64,000 nt of DNA, taken from Cenococcum geophilum (taxonomy: Eukaryota). This document shows, piece after piece, positions 1-12,146 of this stretch. Made by a program: the position numbers and the translations under genes. The stretch's first letter is position 1. Every line of letters begins with the position of its first letter. The notes under the pieces are model-generated. The model was not told the DNA's origin, made no database searches, and saw only the letters and a program-made list of their open reading frames with translations. The DNA lies in NCBI GenBank assembly GCA_050273025.1, contig CP158636.1, positions 12,648,001 through 12,712,000 on the forward strand. Reading direction: 5' to 3'.

Positions 1-2680
1 AGCTTAATACCCTAGATATCTGCATAATTAGACCTACTCCGCTAGTATAACTTGCTAAAAAACCTAAATATATAATCTTCGCCGTTACAATAGCCGATAT
101 TAAGAAGGCCTTAGTATTAAAGAAGCACACTAACCCTGCTATAAAGGTACTAGTAGAATACTATAATTGTCTAGAAGCATTTTTATATAAGGAAGCTAAT
201 AAGCTACTAGAATACTAACCGTACAATTATAAGATTGTACTTAAAAAAGGAAAGCAGCCTAAATTTAGACCCCTATATAGGATATCCTAAAATAAACTTT
301 AAGTATTATAAAAGTACCTAGACAAGAACCTAAGTAAAGGATTTATTAAAGTAAGCTCTTTACCTATAGCCGTATTAGTAATCTTTATTAAGAAACCAGG
401 CGGCGGATTATACTTCTACGTAAACTACTAAGCTCTTAACGCCGTTACCGTTAAGAACTAATATCTAATCCCGTTAATATAAGAGACGCTAAACTAATTA
501 AGGAAGGCGCGTTACTATATAAAGCTTAATATTATATCTATATTTAACCACCTCCGTATTATAAAAGGAGATAAATAGCTTACCGCATTTCGTATCTAGT
601 ATAGACTATTTAAATACTTAGTAACACTATTTGGCCCTACAAACGCCCTAAGCTTGTTTTAACACTATATAAATAATACCCTACACCTCTACCTAGATAT
701 CTTTTATACTACTTATATTAATAATATCCTAATATATAGTAATAACCTAACTAAATACTAGAAATACGTTAATCTTATTTTATAAGCCCTATATAAAGCT
801 AGTCTATAATTAGATATAAATAAATACAAGTTTTATAAAACAGAAGTCTTATACCTTAGACTTTTTATCTTTATAAATAGTATATAAATGGACCTAAAGA
901 AAGTTAAAGTAATTATAAACTGGTAAGAACCTAAGAACGTTAAGGACGTAAAAGCCTTTATAGGATTTGCTAATTTCTACTAACGGTTTATTAATAACTT
1001 CTCCGCACTAGCCTTACCCCTTATAGCTCTAATTTAAAAGAATAAAGCTTTTATCTTTAATAAGGAATATAAAAAGGTCTTTACCTATTTAAAGGTTATA
1101 TTTACTACCGCGCTTATATATTAATACTTTAACCTAAACTAAATAAGTATTATAAAAGCTAATCCATCCAACTATATTACTAAAGGTATTCTATCTTAGT
1201 ATAACGAGGATAGAGTATTATACCCTATAATATACTTTTTAAAACAACTAAGTTTAGCTAAATATAACTATAAGATATATAATAAGGAGTTATTAGCGAT
1301 TATTAGATGTTTTAAATAATGGCGACCTAAACTAAAAGGCGCTAAATTTTTAATTAAGGTCCTTAGCGATTATAAAAACTTATAGTACTTTATAATTACA
1401 AAACAGTTAAGTTACTATTAGGCCCGCTAGTTAAAATACTTATTTTGTTTCCAATTCTAAATTATATACCGTTTAGGCGTTTAAGGCTAAAAGCCTAAAG
1501 CCTTAACCTAACACTTATAAGATATGCTAGCACTAAAAGAAGCACGTTTTTACTAAAATTAGACCCTACTTTATCCTAAACTATTTAACCCTCCTACTAA
1601 AGACCTTATAGTGCACGTCCTTAAAATAACTAATTAAATAATTAAATAGATTATAATTAATAAATACCTAAATAGCTAGTTTATCTAGAAAACGCTTAAG
1701 CTAATTTAAGATAGCGTTAGACGCTTAAAAAAGATTTCTCTAAGTAAATACAAAGCTCGTGGAAACCGCTTATATTATTAGAACCGCCTAGTTATCCCTA
1801 ACTATAACAAACTTAAGCTTAAGCTCCTTAAATATATATATAACCTACCTATTACTAGCTACCCGGGTTAAGGAAAGACCCTAGAGCTACTCTGATAGGA
1901 GTATTACTAGCCAAATATATATAATACGATATAAAAGTATATTTTTAGCTACTATATCTGCCGATAAGCTAAAGCTTTATATAAGATATATAACGGCCTA
2001 CTAAAGCTACTACCTATTCCAGACTAAAGATAAAAGGATATCTTAATTAATTTTATTATTAACCTCCCTATAAGTAAAGGCTATATAAATATTATAGTAG
2101 TTATAGACCAACTATCTAAGATAAGGCACTTAATCGCCTGCCCTAATATATTAACGCCTACTATTGCCTAACTATTCCTAGATTACGTATAAAAACTCTA
2201 TAAACTCCCTAAAACAATTATCTCCGATAAAGGTAGCTAGTTTATCTTTATATTTTAGAAAGAACTAACTACTTAACTCTATATTAAAGCATTACTATCT
2301 ATTATATATTACCTAAAAACGGACGGTTAAATAGAATATATAAATGCTATAATGGAACAGTATATCTAAATATACACGCTATACTTATAAGATAACTAGA
2401 TTAACTGGCTTATATTTACTAAGTTTACTATAAGTAATTCCGTCTTAGAAACTATAAAGGTCTCCCTATTCTTAGCTAACTACGGCTAGTATTTATAAAT
2501 GGGTTTAAAACCCTTTACTAACGTCCCTTGCCCTACTTATTATACCTTATAAGTTATAAAAGTAAGTAATTTTATAAAAAAGATAGAGGAACTATAATAG
2601 TTTTTTACTAATAAAATAATATGGGCTTAATCTATCTATAAAGCCGCAGCGAATAAGAAATAAACCCTAGTACTGGCCTA

Positions 2681-3160
2681 CATCAGCAAAATGTTTGTGC
2701 CTCCTGACAGTACTGACAGCTCCTGACAGCTCCTGTCAGGGCTGTCAGGAGCTCCAGGAGCTCCAGGAGACACTCACACTCGGTATCCTGTCAGGAGGTC
2801 GCCCGGACCACCAGGACCTCCAGGACCTCCAGGACCTCCAGGACCTCCAGGACCATCAGGACCATCAGGACCATCAGGACCATTAGGACCATCAGGACAA
2901 TAATAAAAATTCTAGATTTAAAAATAGGGTATATTAACACTCCAGTATTTACAGCTAGTCAAAAAATACAAAATTATTTTAATTATATATGATCTAAATA
3001 ATCCAATCTGCCTACCACCTATGTCTGTCATAGGAGCTCTACGATCGCTCGGGCGTCGGGCGATCGACTAAGGAGCCTCTCGCGAAGGCTCCAAATCGTC
3101 AATTGGCGATGTTCCCGATGATCCGCTGGCCGTGTGCTGATTTCCTAACTAGGCCTAGTA

Positions 3161-3191
<31 letters not shown>

Positions 3192-3502
3192 ATCCTACCT
3201 GTCCGAGCCTGCCTGTGCCTGCCTGTCGTGCCTACCTGTCTATGCCTACCTGTCTGTATCTGTAATTCGGGGGAGAGGTCGGCCCGATCGAAGGATCTGC
3301 TTGATTCGATTGCGATTAATTGTATTGATTCGAATCGTTTTCTATGGGCGTTCGCTGGCTGTACGTTTGAACGGTGGTCGTCTGGGGTGCCTCATTCGGT
3401 AACGGGCTGATATCGAGGCTCTGATTCGATTCGATTCGATCGATTGAATCGATCGTCTGGTTCTGGCGACGGTCCTCTCCTACCTGCCTGCCTACCTACC
3501 TA

Positions 3503-3537
<35 letters not shown>

Positions 3538-4344
3538 ATGTCAGTATCTAATTCAATTCGGGGGAGGGGTCGGCCCGATTGAAGGCTCTAATTGATCCAG
3601 ATCGTTCTCTATGGCCGTTCGCTAGCTGTACATTCAAACGGTGGTCGTCTAGGGTGCCTCCCTAGGAGGCCTTAATTCGATTCGGTGATGGGCCGATATC
3701 AAATTTGATCGATCGAATCGTTCGTGGTATTCGCTGGCTGGTTGTTCAAAAGGTCGTCGTCTAGTTCTGGTAACGGTCGTCGTCTAGTTCTGGTAACGGT
3801 CGTCGTCTAGTTCTGATAACGGTCGTCTAGTTCTGGCAACGGTCGTCTGGTGACGGTAACGGTCGTCTACTGGCTGCCGTTCTAGTGTTTCCTAAGGTAG
3901 GGAGGATGTAAGGAAGGGTAAAAAATAAGGTGGCTACAAAGGAGGTAACTTAGTAGGGCACGTGTAGGCTATCGGGAATATAGCGGGGACCCGATAGCAC
4001 TGTGTGTCGCGCCTGATAGCACTATGTCGCGCGCGCGCGCACCTAAGGTGTCGCATTAGGGGGGTGTTGCTTGAGGGTGTTGCTTGGGGGGTATGTGCAT
4101 TGTGCATAGGTGTCGCTTTAGGGGGGGGGGGTGGGGAGGGGTGTCGCTTAGGGGTATCCTGCCAGGAACCTGACAGGACGATCAGGAAATACTAGTTTCC
4201 TGTCAGGACCCTGACAGGACGATCGGGAAAATCAAAATCCTGCCAGGAGCCTGCCAGGAGCCTGTGGACGATCAGGACCTCCAGGAAAATCAAAATCCTG
4301 TCAGGAGGCCTCCAGGATCTTGGCACCCCAACAAAATGCTGATG
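2681..4344. mobile_element. Non-autonomous TIR DNA transposon (1664 bp), TA target duplication, essentially un-RIPed
   Basis: TA|CATCAGCA...TGCTGATG|TA. Removing it restores the Gypsy integrase frame (gcc tac caa att...). CCTGACAG/CCAGGA subterminal repeat arrays at both ends; no transposase ORF. Confidence 0.85.
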
Positions 4345-4711
4345 TACTAAATTAGTAACTTTGTTTGGCTAGATATAAGAAATCTAAATATAAAGCAACC
4401 TACTAAGAAACTTAATTAGAAGAACGCTGGCCCTTATAAAGTTAAGAAGGTTGTTTCCTTTTACTTCTACCAATTAAAGCTTCCTAATACGGTTAAAATC
4501 CACTCTGTATTCTATACATTAGTCCTCCGCCGTACTACTTCTATATTAGACGCCCTGCTTAAATAAATATAGGGCCCTCCTCTACTAGTTGAAGTGGATA
4601 GTAAGAACAAGTACTTTGTTAAAAGAATTAATAATATTAAGTATAATAAACGGAAACGCTAATATATATATTTTACGAAATAAAAAGGCTTTACTAAGTC
4701 CTTATAGAAAC

Positions 4712-4987
4712 TATAAGGCATATTACTAGGGTATACGGTAGGGAGTAGGTAAGCCAAGCATAAGTTATAAGGAGAGTTAATAAGAGAGGACAGTATAGTA
4801 ATAAGGGTAGGCAATAGCTTAAGTATAGAGAGAGAAAGAAAAAGAGAGACAAACTAATAAGGAGGGAAAGGGCTATAAGCCCGAGGAGCTTATAAGGAGG
4901 TGCTAAGCCTAGCCTTCGGCTAGGCCTTGGCTACCCCTTAGAGCTCCTAGGCAATGTAGCTAAGTAAGGGCTAAAATAACCCTTATA
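4712..4987 (-). mobile_element. RIPed solo LTR of family B inserted in the Gypsy A chromodomain
   Basis: Reverse complement matches the LTR at 47813-48068 (e.g. CTAGCCTTCGGCTAGGCCTTGG); RIPed TG...CA ends; TSD not clearly preserved. Confidence 0.8.
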
Positions 4988-5100
4988 AAAAAACTCACTA
5001 ACTCTATAGGACTTATATAAGCCGCAAAAGACTTTTACAAACTCTACTTAGAATAATTATAGCTATATTTTACAGAAGCTCGAGTTTAAAGGAAGGGTAC

Positions 5101-5479
5101 TGTTATAGGATACCCCTATAATACCTTATACACGCCTACCTATTTCCACTAACTATAAGACTATAATTTACCGCGACCTATGGCAATCTAATGGCAATCT
5201 ACTATATTCTGCTATATTCTACTAAGTTCTACTAAATTCTGCTATATTCTGCTAAGTTCTACTAAATCTTATTAAGTTCTGCTAGGACTACAACCTAAAT
5301 CCTATTCTGCTTTATATATATATTAACTAAGCAACCAAGTTAATAATATATACCCTTTTTTCCGTTTTTCTACCTTTTTTCCTTATATAACGTCTTAATC
5401 TTATTATCCAGTTTATATATATAGCTTAATAATATCTACTCTGCTATATATTATTGTCGCTTATATTTACTTCGTAACA
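5101..5479 (+). repeat. 3' LTR of Gypsy A copy 1
   Basis: TG...CA ends, upstream PPT, inverted match to 15109-15447. Confidence 0.88.
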
Positions 5480-7918
5480 GATAGCTAGCTACTAGTAGGT
5501 TGTATATATATTTAAGGAGCTTAAGCTTAAGTTTATTATAGCTAGGTAGTATATAATTAAGAATTAGAAGTAAGATAGATATTTTAACTAGTAGGCCTAA
5601 TAATAGCTTAGCTATTTTATAGTTGCTAAGGACCTTAATTAAAAATCTAGCGCCTTTTAATTTAGATCGCTATTATTTAAAATATCTAATAATAGCTAGT
5701 AATTCTTTATCGCAAATCTTATAATTATATTTAGCTAGGCTTAATTATTTTAAGAAGTATACTATAGGGTGTAATACTCTATCCTTATTATATTAAGATA
5801 GGATACCTCTAGTAATATAGTTAGATAAATTAGCGTCTATAATACTTATTTAGTTTAGGTTAAAGTATTAAAGTATAGGCGCGGTAGTAAATATAACCTT
5901 TAAATAAGTAAAGACCTTTTTATATTCCTTATTAAAGATAAAGGCTTTATCCTTTTAGGTTAGAGCTATAAGGGGTAAAACTAGGGCGGAGAAGTTATTA
6001 ATAAATCGTTAGTAGAAATTGGCAAATCCTATAAAGGCTCTTATATCTTTAATATTTTTAGGTTCTTACTAGTTTATAATTACTTTAACTTACTTTAGGT
6101 CTATTTAGATGCTATTTATAAAAATAAGAAGCCTAAGGTATAGGACTTCTATTTTATAAAATTTGTATTTATTTATATCTAATTATAAACTAGCTCCTTA
6201 TAGGGCTTATAGGACAAGATTAACGTATTTTTAGTATTTGGTTAAGTTATTACTATATATTAGGATATTATTAATATAAGTAGTATAAAAGATATCTAGA
6301 TAGGGATATAGGGTATTATTTACGTAATATTAAAACAAGCTTAGAGCGTTTATAAGGTGTTAGGTAAAACCTAAATAGATAGTTATATAGCCGTAAGGTA
6401 TAGGCGACCCTAGGGCAATTTAGGGGTAACTCGCCCTTAAAGCACGTGCGCTATATATACCTAGGGAAAACCCTTCCTACCTTGCATACAGACTCCTTCT
6501 TTTTCCCTTAAGGATTTGTCTCTGTCTATATAATATACCCTATTATTCTATTATTAGACTCCCTATTTATATTTTAACCTTATATTTAAATTCTTTCTAA
6601 TCCCCTTAGGAGTATAGCCGGTTTAATTTTTCTATAATGCCTTTAAAAAGAAAACCGACGCCTATACCTAACGGTAATACGCTAGCAATATAACCGTAAA
6701 ACGCCTTAAGATCTAGTATAGACAAAACCACTAGAAGCATACTAGCAGTATTTAAGCTACCTCCTAAACCTTAAAATGATTAAATATTTACAAACGCTAG
6801 AGACTAGTTTAACTTATATACTTAGGCTTAATAGAAGCTTAGTAAGGTTACTAGCGTCCTACTAAATACTACTAACCTAAAGGAGCTAGATAAGCTAGCT
6901 AAGAAAATAGCTAACTTATAAAGCATTATTAATTTAATAAAGCCCTTTTGTTACCTCTTTAGTAAAGAGTACGCCAAACAAATCTTAATGCCCTAGTTAA
7001 GAAGTTACTACCTAATATTGGCAACACTACTTAACAGCATTTTAACTAGTGAATCGCCGCAGTTAAGAACCAATTTAAGGTTAATAACGCTAACTATAAC
7101 TGTAAGTGACGTATATACTAGGCCATTAAAGGTCTTATAAAAGAAAAGATAATTACCTAATTAGTTTATCGCCAATTAGGTACTAAGGATAAGGGTTCTT
7201 TACTATAGAACGAGTTTAAAACTATAGTCTAAGACTAGATAGGGGGCTCTATAGTAAGACGCTTTAATAATACTACTATATACTATAAAGCTGTTATAAA
7301 GGAGAATTAAAGGTTTAACGTTTTTCTGGCCTATATATATAGCTTAAAGGACCTCTTCTTATATACCCCTTTTGTTAATCCTAAGTAATAAGTAGACTTT
7401 TGGTTCTTATATCTCTTAGCCTACCTATAAGCAGAGCTCTTTTGTTAGAACTTTACCTAACAGGTAAAAACTACTAAGGACCTCTTTAATACAATTCGCT
7501 GTATAGAGTAATTGCTTAATATTATAAAGCTATATATACTCTTAGTGCGAGCACACCTACAAAACGTATATTAGCTATACCCTTCTCTTTACTAGCTTTT
7601 AAAAGCACACTACTATACAATAGTTGCTTTAACCTCTATAGCCCCTAGCCTACCAAATATATATAAAGAGGAAATTAATGTTTTCTTTAATAAGCTAGCA
7701 AGTATGCTACTATAGAACTCTAAGTACGACTATGTAATTGACTTAGAAGAAAGTAAGATGCCATTATAAATGCCCCTCTATAACCTCTTATAGCAAGATT
7801 TATAGATCTTATAAAAGTACCTAGATAGTGCTCTTAAGAAGGGCTAGATTAGGCCTAGTAAGTTACCTACTAGAGTGCCTATTTTCTTTATACTAAAGCA
7901 GACGGTATAATACGGCTA

Positions 7919-8162
7919 CGGAGGACAGAGCAGAAAGAGATTTCCCCTTCCTTTTTGGGACTAGCGGTTTTCTCCCCATAAGGTGCCTATAAGGTTGCTA
8001 AGGTTTTAGGCCTCTTTAGGGGGCCTTTAGCGGGTCTAGGGGCATAGACTGCCTAAAACCTCGTTACTTAGGCGACAGAGCCCCCATAACTTTAGCGACC
8101 TTATAGGGGTTTGCCACTAGTCCCAAAAAGGAAGTAGAAATCTCTTTTTGCTCCGTCCTCCG
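7919..8162. mobile_element. MITE (244 bp), Tc1/mariner-type TA TSD
   Basis: ~49-bp TIRs CGGAGGAC(A/G)GAGCA(G/A)AAAGAGATTTC...GGGACTAG flanked by TA; splits the RT RLCVDYR motif of Gypsy C. Confidence 0.92.
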
Positions 8163-11100
8163 TATATATTAACTATAGACGCCTAAATAAGATTACAATT
8201 AAGAATTAGTACTCACTACTATTAGCTAGCAAACTCTTTAATAGGCTTAGCTATGCGAAGATATTTATAAGGCTAGATATTTATAATGTGTACTATAGAA
8301 TTTATATTAAAAAGAAAGATAAATAAAAAACCGCATTTAATATACGCTATAGTTACTTTAAGTACCTAGTAATGCCCTTTGGTTATACTAACGCCCCTAT
8401 AAAATTTTAGAGCTATATTTATAAAGCTCTAGAAATTCTAGTAGATACTATTTACATAGTTTACCTAGATAATATTCTTATCTACTTAAATAATAAGGTT
8501 AAGTATATTAAGCACGTTAAGCAGGTATAGTAATAACTTTACGCTTAGGGCCTATACGCTAAACTATTAAAATATACTTTTTATACTAAGAACATTAAGT
8601 TTCTGGGCTTTATTATTACCCCTAGGGGTATTATAATGGACCCTACCCGCGTAAAAGCTATTAAGAAATGGCCTAAGCCTAAGTTTTATAGGGACATCTA
8701 GGTCTTCCTTAGCTTTGCTAACTTCTATAGGCAATTTATTTAAAACTACTTGGATACTGTATACCCCCTATATATATATATATCTTATATAAGTATATCG
8801 CGACCTAATATTAGACGGGGAGAAGAAGTAAAAGCGTAAGTTAAAAGGGCCTACTAAATAGTATTAACCTTAGTCCTGGCCTAATAACGCTTAGTAGGCG
8901 TTTTATAAGCTACGCGCTACGTTTATATAGGCTCCGCTACTTTATCACTTTGACTTAAATTTACCTTTAATAGTAATTACTAACGCTTCTAATTATACTT
9001 ATAGCGGTATACTTCTACAGCCTTTAAAATAGGAAGACTAACTCTACTAGCACCTAATTACTTATTATAGTTAGAAGCTTACTAGCCTAAAAGTATAGTA
9101 TAATATATATAATAAAGAACAACTCGCTATTATGCAATACTTTATAATATGGCGCTACTACCTTAAATATACCGCGTATATAACGCGCGTGCTCTATAAT
9201 TATAATAATCTTAGGTACTTTATAACCACTAAAAGCTTATCTACTTATTAGGCCTAGCACGCTAAAAAAAGCTAGCTAAGTTTAATTTTAAGATTAAATA
9301 TAAGCTATATAAAGTAAATTCTGCTAATATACTATCCTAGCGCCTAGATTATATTAAAGGCTTTAAAGATAATAGTAAGAGGATAGTTCTTAATGCTATA
9401 CTGCCTATATTATAGTAAAAGTTGCGAGTTATAGGCCTTATAGGCGACCCTAGTACTACTATACTATACTAGCGAGTAGTATATATGTAGTATATAAGTA
9501 ACTCTTATAAACTTAGCGCTAGCGGACTAGAGTGTCCTACTATTCTCTTTAAGACTACTTTAACTAGCCTAATGGCGCTTAACCCTAGGGAAGACCCCTT
9601 AGCCTAGGTTATAGTCCCCTATAGTAACCTAGTGAGTTACCTATATATTATATATTACTTCGCTAGTACTAACTTTACATAGAGTCTTATACTATAGTAA
9701 GAGGTAATAGTAGCTACCTTAGCTAAAACGGCGTTTATAGAACACTCCCCTAAGTTACCAGTTAATTTTATTTATAGAGTATAAAAAAGGGCCGCCTTTA
9801 TACGCTCTATATATAATTAGTTAACTTAGGGGCGAATCCCTACTAATAATAAGGACTATACCCTTAATAGTTAAGGACTCCTAAGGTAAAACAATAAGGT
9901 TTAGGTGCTAAATTATATACTACTATAATAGGAGACCCTTAAGCAGAATTATAGCGATTCTATAGGCAGCTATTATAGTTTTAACCGTACCTTTAGGGTA
10001 ATTACGCAAAAGTATACTTAGAACGGCCTTACCTAGGACCTCTATAAATACCTAAATAACTATAATACCTATTAACGCTTTAAATCGCGCCGCTATAAAC
10101 CCTATAGTAAGCTGCAGCCTCTTTAAGTCCCTACCCGAGCCTAATAGTATTATTTACTTAACTTTATTATGGATTTTCTAAAGTCTAAGACTCTTAATAG
10201 CGTAGAGTATAACTCTGTCCTTATCCTTATAGACCGTTTTATAAAGCTAGTACGCTACTATCTAGTATATAAGATAATTAATGCTATATAACTCGCAGAA
10301 CTCTTATTTAGAGTTTTTGCGTAAATAGGGCCTTTAGATAATATTGTCTTTAATAGGGGTAGTATATTTATAAGTAAGTACTAAAGCATTATATACTACT
10401 ATCTCCGCGTTTAACGTAAACTTAGTACTATATTTTACCTATAAATAAATAGTTAGATAGAGCGTTAGAACTAAAAGCTTAGGGTATACCTACGTATATT
10501 TATAAACTAGGAATAGTCTAATTAGGCCTCCCTACTTAAAGAAGTAGCTTTTACCTATAACTTTAAGGTCTATGCTATTATAAAGCGTTCCCCTATTAAG
10601 CTTGCCTATAGCTAGCTACTAAATATCTCGGATAGAGTTTTAGATAGCGTTTAAGACGCCTAATAAGGTAAGGAGGGGTTTAAGTTAATAAATGTCTAAC
10701 TTGAAGAGACGTATTTATAACGCCTATGCCTTATATATAAGATAGCAGCGGCGCCAATAATATACGCTTAAAAGCTTTAGGTAAAATACTATAATTATTA
10801 CCACCTAGCTAAGTACTTCGCCGTTAGTAAATAGGTCCTACTCTTCTCTAAAAATATCCCTACAAAACATCCCTATAAAAAGCTTAACTATAAGTTTATA
10901 GAACCGCTTTAAATCCTAAAGCGCGTAGGGCAGTAAGTATATAAGCTAGAGCTTCCACCTACTATAGTACGGCTCTACCTAGTCTTTTATATCTCCCTAT
11001 TAGAGCCTTATAGGCTCCGCCTTAAGTTTTAACCCTTAGTAGTAAAAGAGCTTAAGGAAGGTAGCTGGGAAGTAAAAGTAATTATTACCTACTAAGATCG

Positions 11101-12019
11101 CACTAGATAACCGTAGTACCTTATTAAATAGCTAAAATAGCTAAATAAGTATAATAAATGGAGAGATAAGATAGAACTTAAAAATTATTAATAAGTACTA
11201 GATAAGTACCATAAGTAGAATACCCTAGCCTCGTAGCTAAAGCGTAGGCGAAAAGCTAGCGCTGCTGTTAAGATATAGCCTACGTTAAAGCAAAGTAGAG
11301 GACGTTTTAAGGGATTAAAGAATAAGCTAATACTTGTGGTAAGAACTGTGGTATATATATAGGGCAAAGCCTAATTTATTAATATCCTATATAAGCTATA
11401 CTCTAATATAACCTAGCTATGCTAGTAACTTATAAGTAACTTATAGGCGACTTATAGGCGACTTATAGATGGGGCTATAGCGTATACTGGCAACGAAGCT
11501 TAATTTAGAAAGCACCATTCTATACCTAATTTATCGCTCTACGCTAGCTTAGCAGACTATTTATATATTAAAGAATAGGCCTATTTATAACTAGAGTCTA
11601 TTTAACCAAAGTTTATAACCTGCTAGTAACCCGCTAGTAGTAACCTATACTAATAACTTATACTATTCTATATATATACTATATAGATAACGCGTAAGGC
11701 TAAAGTATAGGTTAATAGCGGATTTAACAGGTATATAGCCTTATTGTTCTAAACCTGGCTATATATAAGTAACCTATAACCTACCTATAAAGTATATATA
11801 GCGCTATACCAGTATGGCGTAAGACTAAAATAGGGTTAGTAGCGGATTTAATAGGTATATAGCCTTACTATTTATAAATCTGGCTATATACAAATAACTT
11901 ATAACTAACCCGCGAGGTACTAGTTACCTACCCATATAAGTAAGCTTTTAAAATATTTCTAGTTTACTAAATTTAGGCGACGGTATTAAGCTTTACTAGC
12001 CCTACCTATTAAATAGACT

Positions 12020-12146
12020 AATTAGGATTTTCTATACTAGGTATATATAATTACTATTGGCTTGGTTAAATGCGGGGGAGTTTTAGTAAGGCAAATCTAA
12101 CTAATTAGATAACTTTAATCGCTGGTTAAAGTTTCTTAATATCTTT
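12020..12146. other. Structured non-coding element in the Gypsy C 3' UTR, homologous to 32084-32210
   Basis: 26-nt identity AAATCTAACTAATTAGATAACTTTAA plus extended similarity and shared hairpins. Confidence 0.7.

Larger units (their letters stand above)
1..5479 (+). mobile_element. Ty3/Gypsy chromovirus LTR retrotransposon family A, copy 1 (5' part outside window); RIP-inactivated RT-RNaseH-integrase-chromodomain plus 3' LTR
   Basis: De-RIP translation gives an RT YxDD-type motif (~710), RNase H, integrase and chromodomain-like sequence in Gypsy order. A purine tract precedes the LTR TGTTATAGG...GTAACA at 5101-5479. Confidence 0.92.

Noticed and set aside
2800..3870. CRISPR-like or rDNA-spacer-like repeats
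   Set aside because: No unique spacers and no rRNA sequence; the block is bounded by TIRs and a TA TSD in eukaryotic TE context.
4055..4156. Telomere-like TTAGGG(G) motifs
   Set aside because: Scattered single units, not a tandem array.
2695..4195. Short ORFs in the GC-rich TIR element
   Set aside because: They are translations of tandem repeats and microsatellites.
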